From: an uncultured Pelagibacteraceae bacterium | GTDB taxonomy: Bacteria; Pseudomonadota; Alphaproteobacteria; Pelagibacterales; Pelagibacteraceae | NCBI GenBank assembly: GCA_902616645.1 | Contig: CACMTO010000004.1 | Span: 25,889-89,888 of the forward strand | Direction: 5' to 3' | Length of the DNA: 64,000 nucleotides | Shown: positions 8,594-17,737 of the stretch, piece after piece | Position numbering within the stretch: position 1 is the stretch's first letter | Layout of the letters: every line of letters starts with the position of its first letter | Made by a program: the position numbers and the translations under genes | The notes under the pieces: model-generated | What the model saw: only the letters and a program-made list of their open reading frames with translations | The model's database searches: none | What the model was told of the DNA's origin: nothing

Positions 8594-9109
8594 ATTTTTT
8601 TTTATAATTTCTTCAATACTTAATTCTTCATAATGTTCAGTGGGCTGTACAATCCAAGGATCGGAATTTAATCTTATTGGACAAAAATCTGGCTCAAAAG
8701 TTGAGGATTTTTTTTTCCATAAACATGCCGTTTTTACATCTTTAATAAATTTTTTTATTGGTTCATAATTTTTTAACCATTCAATACTTTTATTGAGCGT
8801 TAAACCTGTGTCAGAAAGGTCGTCAATTAAAAGTACTTTACTGAAATCTTTATCTTGTGCTAAAGAGCTTATTTCTCTAGCAAACACTAGTTGTCCTTGC
8901 TGATCCTCAATCCCTTTTCCAGAGTAACTCTGAATAACTATATAAGCTATTGGTAATTTTAATATTCTTGAAAGGATGTCAATTATAGGAGCAGCTCCTC
9001 TCATTATCCCTACTAATACTGTTGGTTTATAATTTTTATGAATTTCTATAGCTAATTTTTCTACAATATTGGTATATTCCTCAAAGCTTATGATTAATTT
9101 CTCTGCCAT
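8588..9109 (-). CDS. gpt: Type I purine phosphoribosyltransferase (Gpt-like)
   Basis: GIMRG, PRPP loop LLIDDLSDTGLTL, WIVQP; start taken at MAEKL (9109), with 9124 as an alternative. Confidence 0.75.
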   Translation of the reverse strand: MAEKLIISFEEYTNIVEKLAIEIHKNYKPTVLVGIMRGAAPIIDILSRILKLPIAYIVIQSYSGKGIEDQQGQLVFAREISSLAQDKDFSKVLLIDDLSDTGLTLNKSIEWLKNYEPIKKFIKDVKTACLWKKKSSTFEPDFCPIRLNSDPWIVQPTEHYEELSIEEIIKKNK

Positions 9110-9157
9110 AGATTTTTTTATCATATAAAAAAAATTAAAAAAGATTAAAAAGAAATT

Positions 9158-10051
9158 ATGAAAATATTTGATTGTTTTATGTATTTTGATGAAGATCTAA
9201 TACTTGATCTAAGACTTAATTATTTGAATAGATTTGTTGATTATTTTGTAATTATTGAGTCTGTTTATAACCATAATGGTCAAAAAAGAACCCCCAAATT
9301 TGACATCACTAAATTCAAAAAATTTGAGAATAAAATTAAATATTATCTTATAGATCATGAAGGTGAAATATTTTCAAGCATAGAAAAAAACGATACTGCG
9401 AAGCAAATTGCTGATAAACAAATTATGAACGCTTTAAAAAGAGAAAATTATCAGAGGAACTATATTTTGAATGGGTTAAAAGAGGCTAATGATGAGGATT
9501 GGATCATTATTTCTGATCTAGACGAAATACCAAATTTAGAAATTAATGATTTAAAAAAAAACAATAGCAAGATTGTTTTTTTTAAACAGTTTATGATTTA
9601 CTATAAGCTTAATTTATATCTTAAAGATTTTCCTTGGATTGGTTCTAAAGCTTGTAAAAAAAAATATTTAAAATCTCCACAATGGTTAAGAAATGTTAAA
9701 GATAGAAATTATTCGTGGTGGAGAATTGATATCTACTTATCAGACACTAAGTATTCTAATATAAAAATTTTCGATCATGGTGGATGGCATTTTTCATATA
9801 TTAAAAATCCAAAAGATATTGAAAAAAAACTTAGATCGTATTTACATCATACAGAGTATGAGTTAAATCCTTTAAATCCTGAAAAAATATCAGAGTTAAT
9901 TAAACAAAAAAAAACTGTCTATAATCTAAAAGTTGACTCAAGATTTGATAAATTTAAGGATGGAAATACACTTGAAATGCTTGATTTCAATTTGCTACCC
10001 AAATATGTAAAAGATAACCTTGAAATTTTTAATGATTGGATAGAAAAATGA
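9158..10051 (+). CDS. Glycosyltransferase family 17 (MGAT3/GnT-III-like)
   Basis: IFDCFMYFDE..LDLRL, VDYFVIIES, ENYQRN, SDLDEIP, GGWHFSY. Confidence 0.85.
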   Translation: MKIFDCFMYFDEDLILDLRLNYLNRFVDYFVIIESVYNHNGQKRTPKFDITKFKKFENKIKYYLIDHEGEIFSSIEKNDTAKQIADKQIMNALKRENYQRNYILNGLKEANDEDWIIISDLDEIPNLEINDLKKNNSKIVFFKQFMIYYKLNLYLKDFPWIGSKACKKKYLKSPQWLRNVKDRNYSWWRIDIYLSDTKYSNIKIFDHGGWHFSYIKNPKDIEKKLRSYLHHTEYELNPLNPEKISELIKQKKTVYNLKVDSRFDKFKDGNTLEMLDFNLLPKYVKDNLEIFNDWIEK

Positions 10052-10338
10052 GTAAAGGTTATATAGTTACAGTGTATGAAAGCATCAAAAATGAGGAAGC
10101 ACTAAAAAATTATGCTGCAAAAGCAAAAGACGCAGTTGAAAAATATAACGGTAAATTTTTGATACGTGGAGGTAGGAAAATTGTCACCGAAGGAAAAAAT
10201 TTCGTTAGAACAGCTGTATTAGAATTCGACTCATTTGATAAAGCTAAAGAATTTTTTTATTCAAAAGAATATCAGGAGGCTCACAATTTACTTAAAGAAA
10301 CTGTGGTAAGAAGTCATCAAATAATAGAGGGAACTTAA
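10048..10338 (+). CDS. DUF1330 family protein
   Basis: KYNGKFLIRGG...EG...VLEFDS..A..FFYSKEYQ; ATG at 10048 overlaps the upstream stop (ATGA). Confidence 0.85.
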   Translation: MSKGYIVTVYESIKNEEALKNYAAKAKDAVEKYNGKFLIRGGRKIVTEGKNFVRTAVLEFDSFDKAKEFFYSKEYQEAHNLLKETVVRSHQIIEGT

Positions 10339-10970
10339 TATTGTATCGGTTCTGGATCTATACTTCTCCATAAATACCAAGTCGCGACAGAACAATAAGG
10401 TGAAAATCTTTTACGTAATATTTCTACAAATTTTTCTGGTGGTAAATATTTTTTATTATAATTTTTAGATATTGCTCTTAAGAGCCCTATATCTTGTACG
10501 GGCCAAATATTGGGCCTATTATATGTAAATAATAAGATCATTTCTGCGGACCATCTTCCGATTTGCTTTAAAGAAGATAGATATTCTATAGCATCTTCAT
10601 CATTCATTTTTACAATAAGTCTAGGATTAAACGACTTGTCTATCATTTGTTTTGCTAAATTTTTAATTCCAGAAATTTTTTGACGGCTTAGTCCACATTT
10701 TCTTAGTTGGTATATTGATAATTTAGACACATTTTTTGGGTTAATTTTATTTCTGCATCTTTTTTTAAACTTTAAAAAGACAGAGTTAGCTGCAGTAACG
10801 CTTATTTGTTGACCTACAATACTTTTGCATAGTGAGAAAAAAATATTTTTACGTGATGTAAGTATTGTCTCTGAGGGACTTTTATAACTTTTAATTAAAT
10901 TTGATATCACATCATCCTTTTTTGAAAGGTATTTTTTAGCATTATCCCAATATTTTGGTTTTTTAGTCAT
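10335..10970 (-). CDS. alkA: DNA-3-methyladenine glycosylase II (HhH-GPD family)
   Basis: IVGQQIS..AA, GLSRQK, IGRWSAEM, PVQDIG, PYCSVATWYLW. Confidence 0.9.
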   Translation of the reverse strand: MTKKPKYWDNAKKYLSKKDDVISNLIKSYKSPSETILTSRKNIFFSLCKSIVGQQISVTAANSVFLKFKKRCRNKINPKNVSKLSIYQLRKCGLSRQKISGIKNLAKQMIDKSFNPRLIVKMNDEDAIEYLSSLKQIGRWSAEMILLFTYNRPNIWPVQDIGLLRAISKNYNKKYLPPEKFVEILRKRFSPYCSVATWYLWRSIDPEPIQY

Positions 10971-11847
10971 TGATGGTTTTAGATAAAGCAGTATTTTTTT
11001 TATAAATTTCTCTTCTGAAAATTATTAAGGTTGAAAAAATTACTAAAAGAGCACCACCTAATGTTTTTATAGTTGGAATTTCACCCCATATAAAATAACC
11101 AAAAAATATCGCAAATACTAAAGCCAAGTATTTTAGTGGAGTAACTAATGATACCTCAGCATATTTGTAAGATTGACTAAGCCATAAATTTGCTACACCA
11201 CCAAATATTCCAATCATTGATAGGAAAATAAAATCTTTAACACTTGGCATTACCCATCCATTTGGAATAGTTAAAAAGCTTAATAAAGTAATAGAGAGAG
11301 AAAAATAAAAAGAAATTAACCATACGGGTTCAGTAGTAGATAATTGTCTAATGCTAATCGCAACGTATGATAGTCCTAAACAAAAAATGATTGGAAAAAT
11401 ATAGAAAATATTTAGTTCACTTATACCTGGCTCAGTTATAATTAGAATGCCAACAAAACCTATTATAACAGCCAGCCATCTGAAAATTCCTACTTTTTCA
11501 TTTAATAAAAAAATTGAAAAAATTGTTGTAAATATTGGAGCAGCAAAAGAAATACTCACGACAGTTGCAAGAGGTAATTCTCTCAAAGCTATAAAAATTG
11601 ATACAAGTGCTATTAGACCTGAGAGACATCTTAAAGCATGAAGACCTGGTCTTTTTGTTTCATAAAAATTATGAAGGCGTTCTTTGGGTATAATAAAAAA
11701 ATAAAAGATTATTCCAAAAAAACCTCTAAAAAATAATACTTGACCAATTGGATAGTCTACTGACCATTTTACGATGATATCCATTAAGGAAAACGCACAA
11801 ATGGATATAAACATGTACAAAAATCCTAATTGATTTTTACTAAGCAT
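10963..11847 (-). CDS. DMT/EamA family transporter
   Basis: About 10 TM segments in two EamA repeats; FAAPIF, LNEKVG, WGEIP. Confidence 0.9.
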   Translation of the reverse strand: MLSKNQLGFLYMFISICAFSLMDIIVKWSVDYPIGQVLFFRGFFGIIFYFFIIPKERLHNFYETKRPGLHALRCLSGLIALVSIFIALRELPLATVVSISFAAPIFTTIFSIFLLNEKVGIFRWLAVIIGFVGILIITEPGISELNIFYIFPIIFCLGLSYVAISIRQLSTTEPVWLISFYFSLSITLLSFLTIPNGWVMPSVKDFIFLSMIGIFGGVANLWLSQSYKYAEVSLVTPLKYLALVFAIFFGYFIWGEIPTIKTLGGALLVIFSTLIIFRREIYKKNTALSKTIND

Positions 11848-11882
11848 ATGAATAATTTGTAAATTAATTTAAATCATAATCA

Positions 11883-12326
11883 ATGGAAATTGCAGTTTTA
11901 GCACTTGGATGTTTTTGGGGGCCTGAAATAAAGTTTAGTAAAATTGAAGGTATTATTAAAACTGAAGTTGGTTATTGCGGGGGTAATAACTCTAAGACAA
12001 CTTATAAGGAAGTATGCACAGGTAATACCAATCATGCTGAAGTTGTAAAATTAGATTTCGACGAAAAAATTATAACATACGAAAAAATATTAAAGATTTT
12101 TTTTCAAATTCATGACCCTACTACTTTAAATTCTCAAGGACCAGATTTTGGAACACAATATAGAAGTGAAATTTTTTATTTAAATAAAAATCAAAAGTTA
12201 ATAGCTGAAAAAGTGTTAAATGATATAAATAATAGATTGAATGGAAAAGTAGTCACAAAAATTTCTTTACTAAAAAATTATTGTCCTGCTGAAGAATATC
12301 ATCAAAAATATCTAGAAAAGAGATAA
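11883..12326 (+). CDS. msrA: Peptide methionine (S)-sulfoxide reductase, short form
   Basis: GCFWG, HAEVV, HDPTTLN.QG.DFGTQYRS, AEEYHQKY. Confidence 0.95.
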   Translation: MEIAVLALGCFWGPEIKFSKIEGIIKTEVGYCGGNNSKTTYKEVCTGNTNHAEVVKLDFDEKIITYEKILKIFFQIHDPTTLNSQGPDFGTQYRSEIFYLNKNQKLIAEKVLNDINNRLNGKVVTKISLLKNYCPAEEYHQKYLEKR

Positions 12327-12327
12327 G

Positions 12328-13143
12328 ATGTCATTAGTCGAGACAGATTGGTTAGCTGAAAACTTAGAAAGTGTGAAAATTATAGATTCTTCCTGGCACA
12401 TGCCTCAGGTAAAAAGGAACGGATTTAAAGAATACCAAATCCAACATATCCCTAAAGCTGTGTTTTTTGATTTAGATGATAATTCTAGAAAAAATACTAG
12501 TCTACCACATATGCTAGTTGAAAAAGATGACTGGAATAAAATTGTTTCAAATATGGGAATAAAAAAAGAAGATAAAATAATTATTTACGATAATTCAGAT
12601 GTTATCAGTTCTTGTCGTTGTTGGTTTAATTTTATTTATTTTGGACATGACCCAAAACTAGTCCACGTTTTAAACGGCGGGCTAAAAAAATGGATTAAAG
12701 AAAATAGATCATTAACTAGAGACTTGCCAATAATTGAAATATCCAATTATAAAGGTATTGAAAGAAAAGAATTAGTCAAAAACAAAAAATTTATTGATCA
12801 AAATATTGATGTTCAAAATTTTAAAGTTATTGACGCAAGAAGTAAAGAAAGATTTAATGGAAATATCCCTGAGCCAAGAAAAGGATTGAGGAGTGGTAGT
12901 ATTAAAAATTCTCTTTGTATACCTTTTAACAACTTACTAAATAATGACAAAACTTTTAAGAACAAAGATGATATAAAAGTTATTTTTGAAACTTGCCTCA
13001 AAAGCACAAACGAGAGAAATATAGTTTTTTCATGTGGTTCAGGAGTCACTGCGTGTGTTTTGGCACTAGCTTATTCTCTAATAAATGATAAATATCATCC
13101 TTGTATTTATGATGGCTCTTGGGCTGAATACGGCTTAATTTAG
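12328..13143 (+). CDS. sseA: 3-mercaptopyruvate sulfurtransferase (tandem rhodanese)
   Basis: HIPKAVFFD, PHML, DARS.ERF.G..PEPR, active loop CGSGVT, YDGSWAEY. Confidence 0.92.
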   Translation: MSLVETDWLAENLESVKIIDSSWHMPQVKRNGFKEYQIQHIPKAVFFDLDDNSRKNTSLPHMLVEKDDWNKIVSNMGIKKEDKIIIYDNSDVISSCRCWFNFIYFGHDPKLVHVLNGGLKKWIKENRSLTRDLPIIEISNYKGIERKELVKNKKFIDQNIDVQNFKVIDARSKERFNGNIPEPRKGLRSGSIKNSLCIPFNNLLNNDKTFKNKDDIKVIFETCLKSTNERNIVFSCGSGVTACVLALAYSLINDKYHPCIYDGSWAEYGLI

Positions 13144-13150
13144 ATTTAAT

Positions 13151-14020
13151 ATGAAAAGATCTACAAAAACTATTTCAATAATCTTGCTTTTTTTTATGAT
13201 AATAGCAATTGTGATTATTGGGAGAATGATGATTGCAAATCATTTTAAAAAAAAATTCAGCAATGTGCCTCCCCCAGGAATAATAATTACAGAGGTAAAA
13301 AATAAAGAATTTTTTGAAAAAATAGAAACTTTCGGGACTGCAATTTCAAAAAGATCTGAAAATTTTAAGATAAAAAAGGAAGACCTTCTTGAAGATTTAA
13401 ATATAAAAAATTTTGTTAAAAAGGGGGAAATTTTAATTAAATTAAAAAGTGGAAATATAATAGCACCATTCAGTGGAGTGCTGGGATACACTGGACTTAC
13501 AGAGGACATACTTGTTTCAGATAATATTGTTATAATTACTCTTGATGATAACTCAACTATTTACTCTGATATTAAAATCCCTGAAAATTACTCAGCCTAT
13601 ATCAAAAAAGAGCTTCCAGTTGAAGTTAGAATAGCTACTTATAAAGATGAAATATTTCAAGGTGAAGTAGACTTTGTTTCAAGTAGAATTAATGCTGATA
13701 CAAGAAGTTTACTATCCAGAATAAAAGTCAATAATAAAGACTTTAAATTGATTTCAGGATCATTATTAGAAGTGAGTGTTAAATTTAACTTAAGAAATTC
13801 TCTAAGTGTTCCAGATACAAGTATAATGGTAGAAGGAGATAAGTCTTATGTTTATAAAATTGACAAAGAAAATATTGCTAAAAAAATAGAGGTACAAACA
13901 GGTTTAAGAAGTGACAAAAATATAGAGATAATCTCAGGTTTAGCTGTTGGAGATATCATTGTAGCTGAAGGATTAAGAAAAGTTAGACCGCAAGGTAGAA
14001 TAAAACCAATTAAGCGATAA
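13151..14020 (+). CDS. RND periplasmic adaptor (membrane fusion protein) lacking the alpha-hairpin
   Basis: N-terminal TM anchor; VKKGEILIKL-KSGN-IIAPFSGV; IPE, RINADTR, VP..., GL..GD.IV.EG. Confidence 0.9.
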   Translation: MKRSTKTISIILLFFMIIAIVIIGRMMIANHFKKKFSNVPPPGIIITEVKNKEFFEKIETFGTAISKRSENFKIKKEDLLEDLNIKNFVKKGEILIKLKSGNIIAPFSGVLGYTGLTEDILVSDNIVIITLDDNSTIYSDIKIPENYSAYIKKELPVEVRIATYKDEIFQGEVDFVSSRINADTRSLLSRIKVNNKDFKLISGSLLEVSVKFNLRNSLSVPDTSIMVEGDKSYVYKIDKENIAKKIEVQTGLRSDKNIEIISGLAVGDIIVAEGLRKVRPQGRIKPIKR

Positions 14021-17000
14021 TGTTTATAACTGAATTAAGCATAAAAAGACCAACCGTCTCTTGGGTTATGTCACTCATTTTAATTATTTTTGGCTTATTT
14101 GTTTTTTGGAAGTTACCAGTAAGAGAATTACCTAACGGAATACAGCCACCAGTTGTACAGATTCAAGTAGATTATAAATCTGCTTCCGCTTCGGTAGTAG
14201 ATCAAGAAGTCACTCAAGTTGTAGAAGATGTTATTGGAGGTGCGGAGGGAATAAAAAATATAGATTCTAAATCTCAAAATGGAAGGAGTACAATCAATAT
14301 AGAATTTGACACTAGCATAGATTTAGATAATGCAGCTAATGACATAAGAGAAAGAGTTGCTAGAATTGTTGATAACTTACCTTCTGAGTCTGATTCTCCA
14401 CAAATACTTAAAAGAGCAGCTGGTTTTACAACAACAATGTGGTTATCTCTATCCTCCTCTACTTGGAATGACCTTGAATTAGGAGATTATGCGGAAAGAT
14501 ATCTAGTTGACCAATTTTCCAGTATTAAAAATGTTGGAAGAATAAGAGTTGGAGGATTAAGAGAATTGAGTATTCGAGTTTGGATCGATCCAATCAGATT
14601 AGCTGCAAATGACTTAACAATAAAAGAAGTTGAAACTGCTATGCGTGGTGAAAACATAAGTCTCCCAGCTGGAACTCTTGAGGCAGACAATATTGATTTA
14701 ACATTAAATTTAGATAAATCTTATAACGATATCGACTCTATTAAACTACTTCCAATTAAAAAAACTGGAAATAAAGTTATTTTATTATCTGATGTAGCTA
14801 ATATAGAGTTTGGCCCAGTCTCGGAAAAAACTCTATTTAAAGCACAGACTAAGGACCAAATAAATTTAAAAACTGTAGGAATAGGCATTTATGCAAGGAG
14901 CGGTGCATCAACAGTTGAGCTTTCAAACGATATTAAGAAAAAAATTATTCAAGTAAAAAAAACATTACCCGAGGGATTAGATTTGAGAGTTTCTTTCAAT
15001 AGAGCAAAATATGTGGAGGCTGCTATTCAGGAAGTATATAAAACTTTAATAATCGCTTTTATCTTAGTCGTATTAATAATTTATCTTTTTTTAGGAAATT
15101 TAAAAGCTGTTATAGTGCCCGCTATCGCCTTGCCTGTTAGCTTAATAGCATCTTTTTTAGGCTTATATATATTTGGGTTATCAATAAATATTTTTGTTCT
15201 TTTAAGTTTTATTTTAGCTATTGGAATAATAACAGATGACTCTGTCATAATGACAGATGCAATATATAGACGAATAGAAAATGGTGAAACTCCGTTGGTT
15301 GCAGCATTTGAGGGCTCTAAGCAAATCTCATTCGCTATTATAGCTACAACATTAATTTTAGTGGCAGTTTTTTTACCATTAATTTTTATTAAGGGAATTT
15401 CTGGAACCTTATTTAGAGAAACAGCAATAGCATTATCTTTTTCGATAGTTGTATCATCATTTGTGGCATTAACATTGTCACCAATGCTTGCTAGTAAATT
15501 TTTAAATAAAAACACAAAAAAGAAAAATTTTTTACAAAAGTTTGAAAAAATTTTTACAAATTTTGATAATTTCTACAAAGAAACTTTAGGTATTATTATT
15601 AATAAAACAAAAACTGTAATCTTTTTTATTGTTTTAATAGTCATTGCATCTGTATTATTATTTAGTTTTTCAAAAAAAGAGTTATTACCTATGGAAGATC
15701 GTGGAGCATATTTAATTATCGGTTCAACTGATGAAGGTAGCTCTTTCGAATATACTCAAGAACAGGCTCAAAAAGTAGAGGCTAGACTATTACCGCTTCT
15801 TCAAGCTGAGGATAGTCCATATTCAAGATTTATAATGAGAGTACCTGGGTTTGGTAACTCGGCAAATTCATACAACAGTTTTATAATTATTGCATTACTC
15901 GATGACTGGAAAAATCGAAAAAAAGGACAACAAGTCGTTTTAAGAGAAGCTATAGGAAAAATTGTAACCTTACCCCAAGCTTTAGCCTTCCCCATATCTC
16001 CGCAATCTATAAGAGTATCTAATTATAATAAACCTGTACAAATGGTGATTTATGGAAACTCGTACGAAGAACTAGAGGAGAAACAGAAAAAAGTAATTCA
16101 AAAGTTAAGATCAAATAAAAACCTTTCTAGGATTGAATCTGATTATAATAGAAATAAACCTGAAATAAAATTGATAATCAACAAGAGTAAGGCTAAAGAT
16201 TTAGGTGTTTCAACAAAATCAATAGGTGAAACACTTGAGACTCTTTATGGAGGAAAAAAAATAACTACCTTCAATAAGCTTGGTAAAGAATATCCCATAA
16301 TCGTTCAACAATATTTATCTGATAGAAGAAATAAAGAGGGTGTTTCAAAAATATTTGTTCGTTCTGAAACAAATGGGAGGCTAATTTCCCTTGCTAATTT
16401 AGTAAGTTTCAAAGAAGAAGGATCTGCAAAAGAACTTGCTAGATACAATAGACAAAGGGCGGTAACAATATCCGCAAATATTAATGAAGGTTATACTTTA
16501 ACAGAGGCGATAAGTTTTTTTGAGGAAATAGTAGCTGATATTGCACCAGAAAATCAAATTGCTTGGAAAGGAAAATCTGAAGAAATTAAAGAGACTAGTA
16601 ATGAGTTATTTATAATTTTTGCTTTGGCGCTTCTTACTGCGTATTTAGTGATGGCAGCAACATTTAATTCTTTTGTTCATCCATTTATAATTATTTTGAC
16701 TGTGCCACTGGCTATTTTTGGTGGGTTAATATTTATTTTATTTTTAAATAGTTCAGTGAATATTTTTTCTCAAATCGCTCTAGTTATATTAATTGGTATA
16801 TCTACAAAAAATAGTATTTTAATTGTTGATTACGCAAATAGAATTAGGACAACAGGTAAGGATATTCATACAGCCGTAATGGAGGCGTGCTCAACAAGAT
16901 TTAGACCTATTATTATGACTTCATTAAGCACTATGATTGCCATGTTGCCTCTAGTAATTGGTAACATTGGTCCTGGGGCTGGTGAAGGATCAAGATTAGC

Positions 17001-17148
17001 TGTGGGCTCAACTATTTTAGGTGGAATGATAATCTCAACATTTTTTACCCTATATGTTACTCCATCAATGTATTTAGCTCTTGCAAAAAATACTAAACGA
17101 ATTGATATAGTAGATTTACAATTAAAAAAAGATTTGTCTAAAAAATAA
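14020..17148 (+). CDS. RND permease (AcrB/MdtB-like, HAE1)
   Basis: 1042 aa; IKRP, proton-relay motifs GIITDDSVIM, GISTKNSILIV, RFRPIIMTS. Confidence 0.95.
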   Translation: MFITELSIKRPTVSWVMSLILIIFGLFVFWKLPVRELPNGIQPPVVQIQVDYKSASASVVDQEVTQVVEDVIGGAEGIKNIDSKSQNGRSTINIEFDTSIDLDNAANDIRERVARIVDNLPSESDSPQILKRAAGFTTTMWLSLSSSTWNDLELGDYAERYLVDQFSSIKNVGRIRVGGLRELSIRVWIDPIRLAANDLTIKEVETAMRGENISLPAGTLEADNIDLTLNLDKSYNDIDSIKLLPIKKTGNKVILLSDVANIEFGPVSEKTLFKAQTKDQINLKTVGIGIYARSGASTVELSNDIKKKIIQVKKTLPEGLDLRVSFNRAKYVEAAIQEVYKTLIIAFILVVLIIYLFLGNLKAVIVPAIALPVSLIASFLGLYIFGLSINIFVLLSFILAIGIITDDSVIMTDAIYRRIENGETPLVAAFEGSKQISFAIIATTLILVAVFLPLIFIKGISGTLFRETAIALSFSIVVSSFVALTLSPMLASKFLNKNTKKKNFLQKFEKIFTNFDNFYKETLGIIINKTKTVIFFIVLIVIASVLLFSFSKKELLPMEDRGAYLIIGSTDEGSSFEYTQEQAQKVEARLLPLLQAEDSPYSRFIMRVPGFGNSANSYNSFIIIALLDDWKNRKKGQQVVLREAIGKIVTLPQALAFPISPQSIRVSNYNKPVQMVIYGNSYEELEEKQKKVIQKLRSNKNLSRIESDYNRNKPEIKLIINKSKAKDLGVSTKSIGETLETLYGGKKITTFNKLGKEYPIIVQQYLSDRRNKEGVSKIFVRSETNGRLISLANLVSFKEEGSAKELARYNRQRAVTISANINEGYTLTEAISFFEEIVADIAPENQIAWKGKSEEIKETSNELFIIFALALLTAYLVMAATFNSFVHPFIIILTVPLAIFGGLIFILFLNSSVNIFSQIALVILIGISTKNSILIVDYANRIRTTGKDIHTAVMEACSTRFRPIIMTSLSTMIAMLPLVIGNIGPGAGEGSRLAVGSTILGGMIISTFFTLYVTPSMYLALAKNTKRIDIVDLQLKKDLSKK

Positions 17149-17737
17149 TATACTTTTTTTTATTAAGTGAGTTTTGACATTTTACTAATTGTTTTTTATA
17201 AACATTAGATTGTCTTTCAACTTTTTTCGCCAATCTAATTACCTTTTTATTTTTTTTATAGTATTTAAAATTCCCCCATCCTTCATGGTATGCAACATAT
17301 TGTCTAAATGCATCTTTCTTTGAAATTTTAAGAAGAGACTCTGTTTTGTTAGTATACCAACCAATAAAGTCGACACTATCTTTAAATCTAACCCTTGTTG
17401 CAAGTTTGTTACCTGTTTCTTTTTTATACTGTTCCCAGGTACCTTTAACTGCTTGAGAATAGCCGAATGAACTCGATGGTCTTTTGAAAGGAATTAACTT
17501 GAAAATCTTTTGTCTCGCAGGTTTTGCCAGCCAATCGAAATCCGATTCCATTTTAATTATTGCTAATTGAATATAAATTGGCGTTCCCCATTTTTGTTCG
17601 GTCTTTTTAGTATGTTTGTACCAAAGATATCTCTCGTTAAATATAGAACAACTATTAGCAGTATTAACTGGTATTGAGGAACATCCGGTTAATAAAATAA
17701 AAACTAAAAAGTAAATTTTATTTTTTTTGAATTCCAT
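17138..17737 (-). CDS. Lipoprotein with a lysozyme-like/SLT transglycosylase domain
   Basis: Lipobox LTGC; AIIKMESDF (catalytic Glu), SSSFGYSQA, AYHEG. Confidence 0.8.
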   Translation of the reverse strand: MEFKKNKIYFLVFILLTGCSSIPVNTANSCSIFNERYLWYKHTKKTEQKWGTPIYIQLAIIKMESDFDWLAKPARQKIFKLIPFKRPSSSFGYSQAVKGTWEQYKKETGNKLATRVRFKDSVDFIGWYTNKTESLLKISKKDAFRQYVAYHEGWGNFKYYKKNKKVIRLAKKVERQSNVYKKQLVKCQNSLNKKKYIIF

